Both the position numbers and the translations under genes were made by a program. Shown here piece after piece: positions 9,229 to 19,059 of a stretch of DNA of 47,287 bases. The notes below the pieces were generated by a model. That model was given only the letters and a program-made list of their open reading frames with translations, was not told the origin of the DNA and made no database searches. Within the stretch, counting starts at the first letter, position 1; every line of letters begins with the position of its first letter. This DNA is from Desulfobacteraceae bacterium (GTDB lineage: Bacteria > Desulfobacterota > DSM-4660 > Desulfatiglandales > HGW-15): contig JASFEQ010000001.1 of NCBI GenBank assembly GCA_050124735.1, positions 1 through 47,287 on the forward strand, given 5' to 3'.

Positions 9229-10563
9229 ATGATGAATAGACATTTTTTTACTTTTTTAATAGGTATCCTGTTAGTCGCTATGGTTCTCGGCGGTAGCGCT
9301 AAGTCTGTAAGATCAGCACCCAAAGAAATCCTAATAGGCGGCACCGAGGCCCTGACGGGTCCTTATGCGGCTTTCGGCCAGGGTGTCTTTGGACTGAGGG
9401 CGGCTATCGAGGATATCAACAAAGAGGGTGGCGTATACGTAAAAGAGTTCGGAAAAAAAATACCTCTCAAATTAATTGTCCGCGATAACCAGAGCGATAT
9501 GCTCAAGGTGGCGAGTCTTACCGAGCAGTTGATTGTCGGCGAAAAGCTCCACTTCCTTGTAGAGGCTCTGACTCCACCACATGTGCGCCAAGGTGCGGCT
9601 ACGATGGCTCAAAAATATAAGATCCCTTATGTTACGGGCGTCGGCCCTTTTGAATCCTGGCAAGGGATACGAGAGGCCATTACGCCGGCTTGGCAATATA
9701 CTTGGGCTTATGGGTTTGCCATAGGCACGCCTCCTCCAAAAGATGATTTTCGACATGGTAAACAAGGATATTTAATGGTGCCCACATGGTTCGGTGCCCT
9801 GGGTGCCTACGCCGACAGGACCAACAAGAAAGTGGCTGCCTTTGGCGCCGATGACCCGGACGGTAGAAATTGGTACATGGCATTTACGGGGCTTGCGACA
9901 GATGCAGGGTATGATTGTTACCGTGCCAAGGACCAATTCGGCATATTCCCACCGGGTACGACCAACTTCACGTCCATCATACGGGAGTGGAAAAAATATG
10001 GGTGTGAAATACTCTGGGGCAATAGTCCTGCCCCTGATTACGCGATTTTGTGGCGACAATCCCGGGCCATGGGTTTTAAGCCCAAGATCGTTTTTGCCAC
10101 AAGGGCAGCCCTTTTCCCTCGTGATGTGGGAGCCTGGGGCGGTGACCTACCCCAGGCTGTCGGTATGGAAACTTTCTGGGATCCTTCTATTCAGAATGCG
10201 GCCGGTATTGGGGGCACCACCCCACGATCGCTGGCGGAACGATGGACTAAAAAGACCGGAGAGCCATTGAACCAGTCCATCGGCTGGTCTTATATGTCCG
10301 TGCAGGTAATCATTGATGCCATCACGAGAGCTGGTTCAATTGACCGAGAAAAAGTGAACAAAGCTTTAGCGGATACCGATTTGAAATCAATTTTTGGGCG
10401 TATCGTGTTTGATAAAAAGACACAGTTTCACCGCATGCACGTGGCATTTGGTCAGTGGCAGAAGACGGATAAACCATGGAAATGGGAGGCACCTATCGTC
10501 TTTTCATTTAACGAGGACATACCGGCGACGGCTAAAATGATTTTCCCCATGCCTTACGACTAA
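9229..10563 (+). CDS. ABC transporter substrate-binding protein, Liv/branched-chain amino acid type (family 4 SBP)
   Basis: 444 aa. Signal peptide MMNRHFFTFLIGILLVAMVLGGSA, RBS ggaaggaggg, and a periplasmic binding-protein fold pattern (IGGTEALTGPYAAFG). First gene of a five-gene Liv-type operon. Confidence 0.8.
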   Translation: MMNRHFFTFLIGILLVAMVLGGSAKSVRSAPKEILIGGTEALTGPYAAFGQGVFGLRAAIEDINKEGGVYVKEFGKKIPLKLIVRDNQSDMLKVASLTEQLIVGEKLHFLVEALTPPHVRQGAATMAQKYKIPYVTGVGPFESWQGIREAITPAWQYTWAYGFAIGTPPPKDDFRHGKQGYLMVPTWFGALGAYADRTNKKVAAFGADDPDGRNWYMAFTGLATDAGYDCYRAKDQFGIFPPGTTNFTSIIREWKKYGCEILWGNSPAPDYAILWRQSRAMGFKPKIVFATRAALFPRDVGAWGGDLPQAVGMETFWDPSIQNAAGIGGTTPRSLAERWTKKTGEPLNQSIGWSYMSVQVIIDAITRAGSIDREKVNKALADTDLKSIFGRIVFDKKTQFHRMHVAFGQWQKTDKPWKWEAPIVFSFNEDIPATAKMIFPMPYD

Positions 10564-10584
10564 AACAAGGATAGATAGATGAAA

Positions 10585-10617
10585 CAGGGCTTGGGCCACA
10601 CGCTGGCCTAAGCCCTG
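10585..10617 (+). terminator. intra-operon stem-loop after the SBP gene (possible attenuator or mRNA stabiliser)
   Basis: cagggcttgggcca-cacgc-tggcctaagccctg forms a 14-bp stem with one mismatch, 22 nt after the stop codon. Only a short TT follows. Confidence 0.35.
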
Positions 10618-10741
10618 TTCGATGTAGTGGAAGGGCAGGTAAACCTGTCTGAGCCTAGTTTAATAAAGAAATACGTTTGGCGGTGGCCGTTAACTTCGAG
10701 CCGGTGGACAAAGACAGACAAAGTGAAAGAGGGCTGGTGAA

Positions 10742-11467
10742 ATGGAAGTACCGATTCTTTCAGTAATAAAAGTAAATATGCATTTTGGAGGATTGGTCGC
10801 TGTTTATGATCTGAGTTTTGATGTTCAGGCGGGTGAAGTCCTGGGCCTGATGGGCCCAAACGGTGCCGGCAAATCAACATTGTTAAATATTATATCGGGT
10901 GTATACAAACCAACCCATGGAACCGTAAAGTTTAAAGGAAATCACATTACGACTCTGGCCCCGCATAGGATCTGCCACCTTGGAATTGCCAGAACGTTTC
11001 AGATCCCTCAGCCCTTTGTTAATCTAACGGCTCTACAAAACATCATGGTAGCGGCCGAATATGGAAGAGGCATTGGAAAAGCTGCGGCCGAAAGTGAGGC
11101 TATTAAAATACTTGATATGGTAGATCTTTTGGAAAAGAAAGATGTTTTCACCAGAGATCTGGCAGCGATAACTCTGAAAAGGCTTGAATTAGCGAGAGCT
11201 CTGGCCAGCAAACCAACATTAGTGCTGCTTGATGAGATGGCTGCGGGCTTAACCGAAGAGGAAACCCCGCGGCTGTTAGAGATCTTACAACGGGTGCGTG
11301 AAATGGGCATAACATATATATTGATCGAGCATGTTATGCGAGTAATGACCAAGGCGGTTGATAGGATTGTGGTCATGGATAAGGGCATGAAAATTGCCGA
11401 AGGATCACCTAATGAGGTGATGGAAGATAAGAAGGTCATTGAGGCCTATTTGGGTGCGTCTGCATAA
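10742..11467 (+). CDS. livG: ABC transporter ATP-binding protein, LivG-like
   Basis: Walker A GPNGAGKST, Walker B LVLLDEMAAGL, and the LivG-type C-terminus VIEAYLG. Confidence 0.85.
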   Translation: MEVPILSVIKVNMHFGGLVAVYDLSFDVQAGEVLGLMGPNGAGKSTLLNIISGVYKPTHGTVKFKGNHITTLAPHRICHLGIARTFQIPQPFVNLTALQNIMVAAEYGRGIGKAAAESEAIKILDMVDLLEKKDVFTRDLAAITLKRLELARALASKPTLVLLDEMAAGLTEEETPRLLEILQRVREMGITYILIEHVMRVMTKAVDRIVVMDKGMKIAEGSPNEVMEDKKVIEAYLGASA

Positions 11468-11518
11468 ACGGGAGATACTATTTAACATCGAAGTAAGATA
11501 GAGAAATATAGCCAGGAA

Positions 11519-12238
11519 ATGCCTGAGGAAACATTACTGAAAGTAAGCCATATAGATGCGTTTCATGGGAGCTTCCAAGCCCTGTGGGATGTATCCCTGT
11601 CAATTAAACCCACAGAAATTGTTGCTATTATTGGCGCCAATGGATCAGGTAAATCCACCCTTCTGGACACAATCTCGGGCCTAGTGCATCCGGCTGAAGG
11701 CGATATTGAGTTTGAGGGTAAGAATATCTCCGCATTGGAACCATTCCGGATAGTTGATCTTGGCATATCCCAAGTTCCAGAAGGAAGAAGGGTTTTCCCC
11801 GACCTGAGTGTTATGGAAAATCTATTTATTGGTTCATACAATCGTAAGGCAAGGTCCGATAAAGCACAAAATCTCAAACAGGTTCAACAGCTCTTCCCTG
11901 TGCTAAAAGCCAGAAAAACGCAACTGGCAAAAACACTGAGCGGTGGAGAGCAACAGATGTTAGCCATAGGCAGGAGCCTCATGTCCAGCCCTAAACTGAT
12001 GCTCTTAGATGAAATGTCCCTTGGCCTTGCTCCCATCATTGTGAATGAACTGTATAGGGTTTTGAGGGAAATTAGAGAAAGAGGCATTACTATTCTATTT
12101 GTAGAACAGAATGTAAGGCGAAGCCTCACAGAAGCGGACAGGGCCTATATTATGGAAACAGGGCGCATTGTTTTGAGCGGCAACGTAGCGGAACTCCGGG
12201 AGGAGGAGAAGGTAAAAAAGGCCTATTTTGGAGACTAA
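11519..12238 (+). CDS. livF: ABC transporter ATP-binding protein, LivF-like
   Basis: Walker A GANGSGKST, signature LSGGEQQMLAIGRSL, Walker B LMLLDEMSLGLAP, C-terminus KKAYFG. Confidence 0.85.
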   Translation: MPEETLLKVSHIDAFHGSFQALWDVSLSIKPTEIVAIIGANGSGKSTLLDTISGLVHPAEGDIEFEGKNISALEPFRIVDLGISQVPEGRRVFPDLSVMENLFIGSYNRKARSDKAQNLKQVQQLFPVLKARKTQLAKTLSGGEQQMLAIGRSLMSSPKLMLLDEMSLGLAPIIVNELYRVLREIRERGITILFVEQNVRRSLTEADRAYIMETGRIVLSGNVAELREEEKVKKAYFGD

Positions 12239-12260
12239 ACTCGAATAGGATGGATTGCAG

Positions 12261-13127
12261 ATGACCTTATTGGCTGATTTGTCTACACCGATAGTGATGG
12301 GTATTCTGTTGGGCGGGTTATACGCGGTCATTGCGTTAGGTCTTTCGCTGGTTTTCGGGGTGGTAAAGGAGATGAACATAGCCCACGGAGATCTGGTCAT
12401 ATTGGGCAGCTACCTTGCTTATACCATCATGACTTCTTTCGGCGTAGACCCTATTCTGAGCTTAATTATAGGGATGCCCCTATTTTTTGGGCTTGGGTTT
12501 GTTATCCAAAAATATCTTCTGAACCGTGCGTTTAAAATATCAATGGACGCCACCTTGATCATTGCTTTTGGCATATCTATTATTTTACAAAACACATACC
12601 AACTTATCTGGTCACCTATGTCCAGGGGTTTGACAACATCCTATGCCCTTAAAAGTTTTAGTGCCGGCCCATTTTTTTTCCCCTTCGTATATCTGTTAAA
12701 TTTTGTTGTGGCCATAGCCGTGATGATTTGCCTCCGTGAATTCCTCAGAAGAACATATCTGGGCGTGGCTATTAGGTCAGCGGCCCAAGACATGAAAGCG
12801 GCTCATCTGATGGGGATAAACACGAATCGAGTCTTCGCATACACCTTCGCTATTGGTATGGTGCTGGCTGCTGTTGCTGGTGTACTTCTTGGATTGACTT
12901 TTCCCTTTACACCCACATCAGGACTGCCCTTCCTCATCATTGCCCTTGGTGTTGTGGTATTGGGGGGTATGGGTAGCATAGCCGGGACATTAATAGGGGG
13001 TATCGCCTTTGGCTTAGCGCAAACCCTTGGTGGACATTTCTTTGGTGTTGCTGCTCAGATGCTCGTTGCTTACACAATGGTACTTGTCGTACTAGCTGTG
13101 ATACCTCGAGGTATATTTGGCCGTTAG
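12261..13127 (+). CDS. livH: ABC transporter permease, LivH-like
   Basis: Polytopic membrane protein with a LivH-type pattern (LGLSLVFGVVKEMNIAHGD; C-terminal GGMGSIAGTLIGG). The ATG at 12261 is preferred over the TTG at 12255. Confidence 0.8.
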   Translation: MTLLADLSTPIVMGILLGGLYAVIALGLSLVFGVVKEMNIAHGDLVILGSYLAYTIMTSFGVDPILSLIIGMPLFFGLGFVIQKYLLNRAFKISMDATLIIAFGISIILQNTYQLIWSPMSRGLTTSYALKSFSAGPFFFPFVYLLNFVVAIAVMICLREFLRRTYLGVAIRSAAQDMKAAHLMGINTNRVFAYTFAIGMVLAAVAGVLLGLTFPFTPTSGLPFLIIALGVVVLGGMGSIAGTLIGGIAFGLAQTLGGHFFGVAAQMLVAYTMVLVVLAVIPRGIFGR

Positions 13128-13134
13128 GAGGAAC

Positions 13135-14112
13135 ATGAAAGCCACCATTCCTCGACAACATGGGAAGTTAATACTGCAAATAGCGGTCATCGCTTTGCTG
13201 GCCCTGTTTCCGATAATAGGAGTGCCACGCGCTTGGACCCTTTACCTCTTTCTCTTTTTTAATTATTTGGCCATGGCGAATATGTGGAATTTGCTTGCTG
13301 GTTACAGTGGGCTCATATGTCTGTGTCCCGCGGCCTTTATTGGGCTGGCGGGATACACCCTAACCATAATGACATGGCTGGGCGTGCCTTACTATTTCGG
13401 AATAGCATTTGGTGGCATTGTAGCAGCATTATTTGCCATACTCATATCTATTCCTGTCTTCAGGCTGAGAGGGATCTATTTCGCTATCGGAACACTCGTT
13501 GTACCTGAAATATTGAGGTTCGTGTTTTTGCTTTGGAAACCCGTTGGCGGGGACACATTTGGCAGAGGTGCGGGTTATTCGGTGAAAGGGCTTGATGGGA
13601 CATCCGAATCGCATCTCTATTGGTTTGCTCTGGCTATTGGGATTGTATCAATTTTCCTCATGCGATATATCTTGCGTTCAAAACTGGGAAGGGGGCTGGC
13701 TGCGATCCGTGATAACGATGATACAGCTGCAAGTTGTGGGATCAACGTCTTCAACTTAAAGTTGTACTCCTTTGTCATTGCCGCCCTCATTACAGGAATA
13801 GCCGGGGCAATTCTATATATCTACCATGGATATATTGAGCCGGCAAGCGCCTTCAGTATAGGGTGGCTAGTCACGATCATACTCGCCACTGTTATAGGAG
13901 GGGAAGGCACCGAAGAGGGACCGATAGTAGGAACGATTATCGTTGTATTTTTGCACTTCCTACTCGCCCGATATGCTGAAATTAGCCTCATCATACAAGG
14001 TATCATATTGATCAGCATTATGTTGCTGGCACCTCAAGGTATTATGGGTTTCGTTCGCAAGACCAAGACTTACCAGTCCCTGTTAGAATTAGTCGCCAGG
14101 CCTGCGAGTTAA
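13135..14112 (+). CDS. livM: ABC transporter permease, LivM-like
   Basis: Polytopic protein with a LivM pattern (NLLAGYSGLICLCPAAFIGLGAY; RDNDDTAASCGINVF). The ATG at 13135 follows the aggagg RBS at 13126-13131. Confidence 0.8.
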   Translation: MKATIPRQHGKLILQIAVIALLALFPIIGVPRAWTLYLFLFFNYLAMANMWNLLAGYSGLICLCPAAFIGLAGYTLTIMTWLGVPYYFGIAFGGIVAALFAILISIPVFRLRGIYFAIGTLVVPEILRFVFLLWKPVGGDTFGRGAGYSVKGLDGTSESHLYWFALAIGIVSIFLMRYILRSKLGRGLAAIRDNDDTAASCGINVFNLKLYSFVIAALITGIAGAILYIYHGYIEPASAFSIGWLVTIILATVIGGEGTEEGPIVGTIIVVFLHFLLARYAEISLIIQGIILISIMLLAPQGIMGFVRKTKTYQSLLELVARPAS

Positions 14113-14245
14113 TGTGGATTAAAACCCATCCCGTTAAAACGCATCTCCTTTGTCCCTAAGGTCTCCAGGCCTCCTAGCTTAAATAAATATTATAGACTAC
14201 AGCAATTCATAATTAAAATTTATACATGCCATAATAAAAAAAAAT

Positions 14246-14274
14246 TTGACAACATTTTTGTGAGGTTAGATATT
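14246..14274 (+). promoter_or_regulatory. candidate sigma70 promoter TTGACA-N17-GATATT behind an A9 tract
   Basis: aaaaaaaaatTTGACAacatttttgtgaggttaGATATT lies about 225 nt upstream of the ppsA-like start, in an AT-rich 387-bp intergenic region. Confidence 0.4.
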
Positions 14275-14499
14275 TAATCTTGTTTTTAGTTAGCGGGGCA
14301 GCGTGATCACAATTCCTGTTCGTCACGTCCAATCCTGGTCTACTTCACGTTATCTGATATCAGAATCTCGTTCCCTGTTGATATATACCGCTCATCTTCT
14401 TTTCTGACCCACTTTGCGTATGTTTGTTCTTTTTATCCTTAAAATCGTTACTTATTGGATCAATGATTACATAAACCTTTGACAAAAGGAGGGATAAAA

Positions 14500-16359
14500 A
14501 TGGCAGAGGAAAAAGCAGGAAGGTTTCCGGATCCGCACGAGTTTCAAGCTCCACCTGAGCTTGAAGGCTGGGAAGAGATGTACCCATCCCACTACCTATT
14601 CTCAAAGGACAGAGAAGATTGGGAAAAAGGTCAATTCTGGTATCAAGACAAGATACACGCGCCAGAGCCCATGCCCCCATTGGACCTGATCTTCCAGGAG
14701 GCGTGGCAGATCGCTCTCTCGCAATACACCACCAGGGTATTCTGCATCCCACCTGCCCAAGGGATCGCACATAGGATGGTTGGGTGCTACATGTATATCA
14801 GTGCCCTTGCGCCACCGCCAGACGAGATCATCGGTGAGAAGGCCCAACTCTTTGAGAAGAGGGTCTTCTATGTATTTGAGCACTATGATGAACTGTGGGA
14901 CAAATGGCTGACCAAATTCAAGGCCTTAGGCGAGGAGATGGAAGCCGTGAAGGTTCCACAGGAACTTCCCAAATTCGTTCCCGAAGAGGAGGTACTACCC
15001 GCACCTAAAGGCTACTATGTGACCTATGACCTTATCGAGGCCTTTGACAAACTGGTCAATCAAATGTTTAAGGGCTGGCAGTATCATTTCGAGATGCTCA
15101 ACCTGACCTATCTTGCCTATCTTATGTTCGCCGATGTGTGCAGGAAGCTTTTTCCGGGAATTAGTGAGAGCGCAATCGGCAAGATGGTGGCCGGGGCCTA
15201 TGTGTCCATGTTTCGTCCAGAGGAGGAACTCTGCCGTCTGTCCAGATTGGCGCGTGACTCACGCGGTGTGGCGGATATTCTCAAAAAGGATGTCTCCGTG
15301 AAGGATAAGATAAAGGAATTGAACAAGATCCCCGATGGCAAAGGGTGGCTTGAGGAATATGATAAGGCCACAGACCCGTGGTTCTATGTATCTTGCGGAA
15401 GTGGCTGGTTTCATTATGAAGGAAGCTGGATCACGATGCCTGAGGTCCCTTATACCTATATCAAGAGCTATTTAGAACGTCTAGATAACGGAGAAAACAT
15501 CGAGCGCTCCCTGGATGAGATCGAGAAACAGAGGGATCAGATCGTTAAAGAATACGTGAACCTCATAAAGACGGACGAAGACAAGAAGTCTTTCAACGAC
15601 GCCTACAACACCATTCGAACCATTTACAAGTATGCGGAGGACCACCTCTTCTGGGTTGAGCACTGGTTTCACACCATATGGTTCCGAAAAATAAAGGAAC
15701 TTGGAAGCCTCCTTGTCAATAATGGGATGCTCAATGAAGTGGACGACATATTTATGTTCAACCGCTATGAAATTCCTCAGCTCCTCAGCGAGCTGGCAAT
15801 CGGTTGGGCGTTGGGCGTGGATGTGCCCACCAGAGGTCAGTACTATAAAACCACGGCTCAAAAGCGAAGAAAGATTCTTGAGGCGGCGAGCAAGTGGAAT
15901 CCCATACCTGCCTTAGGTGTACCGCCCGAAGAAGTGGCCGAGCCTTTCACCATCATGCTTTGGGGTATTACCACGGACAAAGTGAAAGAATGGCTCAAAG
16001 GTGTGGAAGCACCAGCGACTGAAGATGTCTCAGAGCTCAAGGGGTTTGCCTCTTCGGCGGGCGTTGTTGAGGGCCCGGCACGGGTACTCAAGCTGCTTGG
16101 GGAGATTTTAGATCTTCAACCCGGAGAGATAATGGTCTGTCCCAATACCAACCCCTCATGGGCTCCCGTGTTTGGGAAAATCAAGGCTGCGGTTACGGAC
16201 ATCGGTGGGCTGACCTGCCACGCGGCTATTGTGTGCAGAGAATATGGTGTCCCCTCAGTGACCGGTACGGGTGTTGCCACGTCGGTCATCAAGACCGGCG
16301 ACATTTTAAGGGTCGATGGTGACACGGGTGTGGTCACCATTGTGAAAAGAGCAGGGTAG
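14500..16359 (+). CDS. PEP-utilising-enzyme swivel-domain protein, phenylphosphate-synthase alpha (PpsA)-like
   Basis: The C-terminal 100 aa carry the mobile phosphohistidine domain (GGLTCHAAIVCREYGVPSVTGTG), which nearly matches the PEP-utiliser His signature. The N-terminal ~500 aa are not a PEP/pyruvate TIM barrel. The ATG at 14500 follows the aaggaggg RBS. Confidence 0.7.
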   Translation: MAEEKAGRFPDPHEFQAPPELEGWEEMYPSHYLFSKDREDWEKGQFWYQDKIHAPEPMPPLDLIFQEAWQIALSQYTTRVFCIPPAQGIAHRMVGCYMYISALAPPPDEIIGEKAQLFEKRVFYVFEHYDELWDKWLTKFKALGEEMEAVKVPQELPKFVPEEEVLPAPKGYYVTYDLIEAFDKLVNQMFKGWQYHFEMLNLTYLAYLMFADVCRKLFPGISESAIGKMVAGAYVSMFRPEEELCRLSRLARDSRGVADILKKDVSVKDKIKELNKIPDGKGWLEEYDKATDPWFYVSCGSGWFHYEGSWITMPEVPYTYIKSYLERLDNGENIERSLDEIEKQRDQIVKEYVNLIKTDEDKKSFNDAYNTIRTIYKYAEDHLFWVEHWFHTIWFRKIKELGSLLVNNGMLNEVDDIFMFNRYEIPQLLSELAIGWALGVDVPTRGQYYKTTAQKRRKILEAASKWNPIPALGVPPEEVAEPFTIMLWGITTDKVKEWLKGVEAPATEDVSELKGFASSAGVVEGPARVLKLLGEILDLQPGEIMVCPNTNPSWAPVFGKIKAAVTDIGGLTCHAAIVCREYGVPSVTGTGVATSVIKTGDILRVDGDTGVVTIVKRAG

Positions 16360-16363
16360 AAGA

Positions 16364-17476
16364 ATGACGGAGCGATGCTCCGAAGGTCCAATGATGGAGA
16401 TCCATATGGATTACATCCTTAACTTTGAGAAGGTGGACAAGGGTTCACTTCCGTTGGTGGGTGGCAAGAATGCCAGTCTGGGAGAGATGATCAAGGCTGG
16501 CATTCGGGTCCCACCCGGATTTGCCGTGACCACAGAGAGCTACCTGAATTTCATAACCGAGACAGGAATCAAAGATAAGATCTATCGTATCCTTTCTGAC
16601 GTTAACCCTGATGACGTGGAATCTCTCAATAATGTAGCGGCCGAAGTTCGAAACTTGATCAACAGCACCTCCATGTCGGAGGATGTTCAAGCAGCCATAG
16701 AAGAGGGTTACTCTCAGCTTTGTGAGAAGTGCCGTGTTGAAGTTGTGCCTGTGGCAGTTCGCTCCAGCGCCACAGCTGAAGATCTGCCCACAGCCAGCTT
16801 TGCTGGGCAACAAGAAACTTATCTCTGGGTTCAAGGGGCAGCTCAGGTGGGTGACAGCGTTCAGAAGTGCTGGGCAAGCCTATTTACACCCCGCGCCATC
16901 AGTTACAGGATCAAGAATAATTTTCCCCACGAAAAGGTGTTGATCAGCGTGGGGATACAGGAAATGGTCAACTCCAAGGCAGCAGGTGTGATGTTTACCA
17001 TTAACCCCACCGATGGTGACCCATCGAAGGTGGTCATTGAAGGGAGTTGGGGACTGGGCGAGACAGTCGTGTCAGGGTCCGTAAACCCTGATAAATTTGT
17101 TGTAGACAAAGTGCTCCTGGAGGCCAGCGAAAAGACCATATCGAACAAGCACATTGAATGTATCTTTGACCCAAGCAAGGGAGAAGTGGTCAACGCGGAT
17201 GTGGATCCCAACAGGCAGGATACATGCTGCATAGAGGAGGAGGAGATAAAGGCGCTTGTAAAGATGGGGAAAGAGATTGAAGCCCATTACGGGCGTGCTA
17301 TGGATATCGAGTGGGCCATTGATAAGGACATGCCTTTTCCGGAGAACATGTTTATTGTTCAAGCCCGTCCAGAGACCGTGTGGAGTCAGCGGGAGAAGGA
17401 ATCCGTTCTCGGCAAAAAGAGTGGATATGAGCTACTGATGGAAAAGGCATTATCCACGATAAAGGTCAAATCCTAG
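16364..17476 (+). CDS. PEP synthase/PPDK N-terminal ATP-grasp domain protein, PpsB-like
   Basis: LPLVGGKNASLGEMIKAGIRVPPGFAVTT...VAVRSSATAEDLPTASFAGQQETYL...MDIEWA is the typical nucleotide-binding domain of PEP synthase. The start is uncertain; ATGs at 16391, 16394 and 16406 are alternatives. Confidence 0.75.
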   Translation: MTERCSEGPMMEIHMDYILNFEKVDKGSLPLVGGKNASLGEMIKAGIRVPPGFAVTTESYLNFITETGIKDKIYRILSDVNPDDVESLNNVAAEVRNLINSTSMSEDVQAAIEEGYSQLCEKCRVEVVPVAVRSSATAEDLPTASFAGQQETYLWVQGAAQVGDSVQKCWASLFTPRAISYRIKNNFPHEKVLISVGIQEMVNSKAAGVMFTINPTDGDPSKVVIEGSWGLGETVVSGSVNPDKFVVDKVLLEASEKTISNKHIECIFDPSKGEVVNADVDPNRQDTCCIEEEEIKALVKMGKEIEAHYGRAMDIEWAIDKDMPFPENMFIVQARPETVWSQREKESVLGKKSGYELLMEKALSTIKVKS

Positions 17477-17634
17477 ATACGAAAGAAGGCCGCTGGAGCC
17501 ACAAGGAGGATATCTGCGCTAAAAATCAGGGAGATAACCCGTCGATTATGGGCGCTCCAACGTATTCTTAAAGATGTAGAGATTAGAAAGAGGCATATCA
17601 TTTTTGGAACTTAATTTTTAGAAAGGAGAAGGAC

Positions 17635-19038
17635 ATGAAAGACTTGAGGGATTTTATTGCCAAATGCGAAGAGGAGGGACAGCTTCACAGGATCAAAGCG
17701 GAAGTAGACTGGGATCTGGAGCTCTCCCACATTGCCAAGCTCAATGAGGAGAAAAAGGGACCCGCTCTCCTCTTTGAGAACGTAAAGGGCTCTGAATGGC
17801 CCATTATCACCAGCACCTGCACGACCACGGAAAGGCTCGCCATGATCATGGGTATGCCCAAAGAGACCCCTCTGGTTGAGATCATGAGGCATTGGGTGGA
17901 AATAGGGAGCAGGAAGATCCCGCCCAAGTTGGTAAAGACCGGACCGTGCAAGGAAAACAAGATCACGGGGGACGAGATTGACCTGTTTAAATTTCCCGTG
18001 CCCAAGTTTTTTCCCAGGGATGGGGGGCGTTATTTCGGGACAGCCCACGCCGTGGTTACCAAAGACCCGGACTCGGGCTGGGTCAACTTGGGGACCTACC
18101 GGCTCCAGCTGCTCGAGAAGAATATCCTGGGGACCCAGTTCATCAAGGGAAAACACTCCGATATCATGCTCAAGAAGTACCAGGCCATGGGCAAACCCAT
18201 GCCGGTGGCCGTCATTGTGGGCACGGATCCCATCATGTTCGTCATGGGCGGCGCCAGGTTCTCCGCATTTGAGTCGGAGTATGATCTGGCCGGCTCAATC
18301 CGCGGCGAGCCCATCGAGGTGGTTAAGTGCGAGACCAACGACCTGATCGTCCCTGCCGGGACGGAAATCGTCGTGGAGGGCGAGGTGGACGCTGATGAGT
18401 TTATAGATGAAGGGCCTTTCGGCGAATACACGGGCTACTATTCGGGGGTGGGATCTAGCCCACGGAATTTTATCAAGGTCAATTGCGTCACCCACCGGAA
18501 CAACCCCATCTTCATGGCCACGACGGTGGGCCGGGCCGTTACCGACACCCACATGTGCCTGTCCCTTGCATACGGCGCCACCCTGTGGCAGCAGCTTAGT
18601 GACATGAGGATTCCCGGAATCAAGGCCGTTTACTGTCCTCCGGAGGCAGCGGGAAGGTTCATTGCCATCATTTCTGTGACACAGATGTATCCGGGCCATT
18701 CAAATCAGGTCTTAACCGCGGCCATATCCACCGAAATGGGGGCTTACGGCCTCAAGACCGTTATCGTGGTGGACGACGACATCGATCCCTGGGACATTCC
18801 CAGGGTCTTGTACGCCCTGGCCTTCCGGAATCAACCCAATCGCGCCCAGATCATTCAGCGGGGTCGGTCCACGCCCCTGGATCCTTCCCTGCCCATTGAC
18901 CAGCGGTGGATAACGGGCCGTCTCCTCATTGATGCGACTATTCCCTATGATTGGGAAAATAAGCCTATCAGAATCGAGCTCGATCCTGAAATGGTCAAAA
19001 AAGTCCAGGCCCGCTGGAGCGAACTGGGACTTGAGTAA
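17635..19038 (+). CDS. UbiD-family prenylated-FMN-dependent (de)carboxylase
   Basis: 467 aa with UbiD hallmarks (DLRDFI...CEEEGQL, EGPFGEYTGYYSG). RBS aaaggagaagg. Confidence 0.85.
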   Translation: MKDLRDFIAKCEEEGQLHRIKAEVDWDLELSHIAKLNEEKKGPALLFENVKGSEWPIITSTCTTTERLAMIMGMPKETPLVEIMRHWVEIGSRKIPPKLVKTGPCKENKITGDEIDLFKFPVPKFFPRDGGRYFGTAHAVVTKDPDSGWVNLGTYRLQLLEKNILGTQFIKGKHSDIMLKKYQAMGKPMPVAVIVGTDPIMFVMGGARFSAFESEYDLAGSIRGEPIEVVKCETNDLIVPAGTEIVVEGEVDADEFIDEGPFGEYTGYYSGVGSSPRNFIKVNCVTHRNNPIFMATTVGRAVTDTHMCLSLAYGATLWQQLSDMRIPGIKAVYCPPEAAGRFIAIISVTQMYPGHSNQVLTAAISTEMGAYGLKTVIVVDDDIDPWDIPRVLYALAFRNQPNRAQIIQRGRSTPLDPSLPIDQRWITGRLLIDATIPYDWENKPIRIELDPEMVKKVQARWSELGLE

Positions 19039-19059
19039 CCACAAACGGACGCGGACCAA

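Noticed and set aside
17611-18156. Long antisense ORFs inside strong CDSs (e.g. 17611..18156, 1564..2019, 26616..27140, 41502..42005, 233..607, 14360..14770)
   Set aside because: They overlap genes with clear family motifs on the opposite strand, lack RBSs and have biased, repeat-like composition. They are shadow ORFs.
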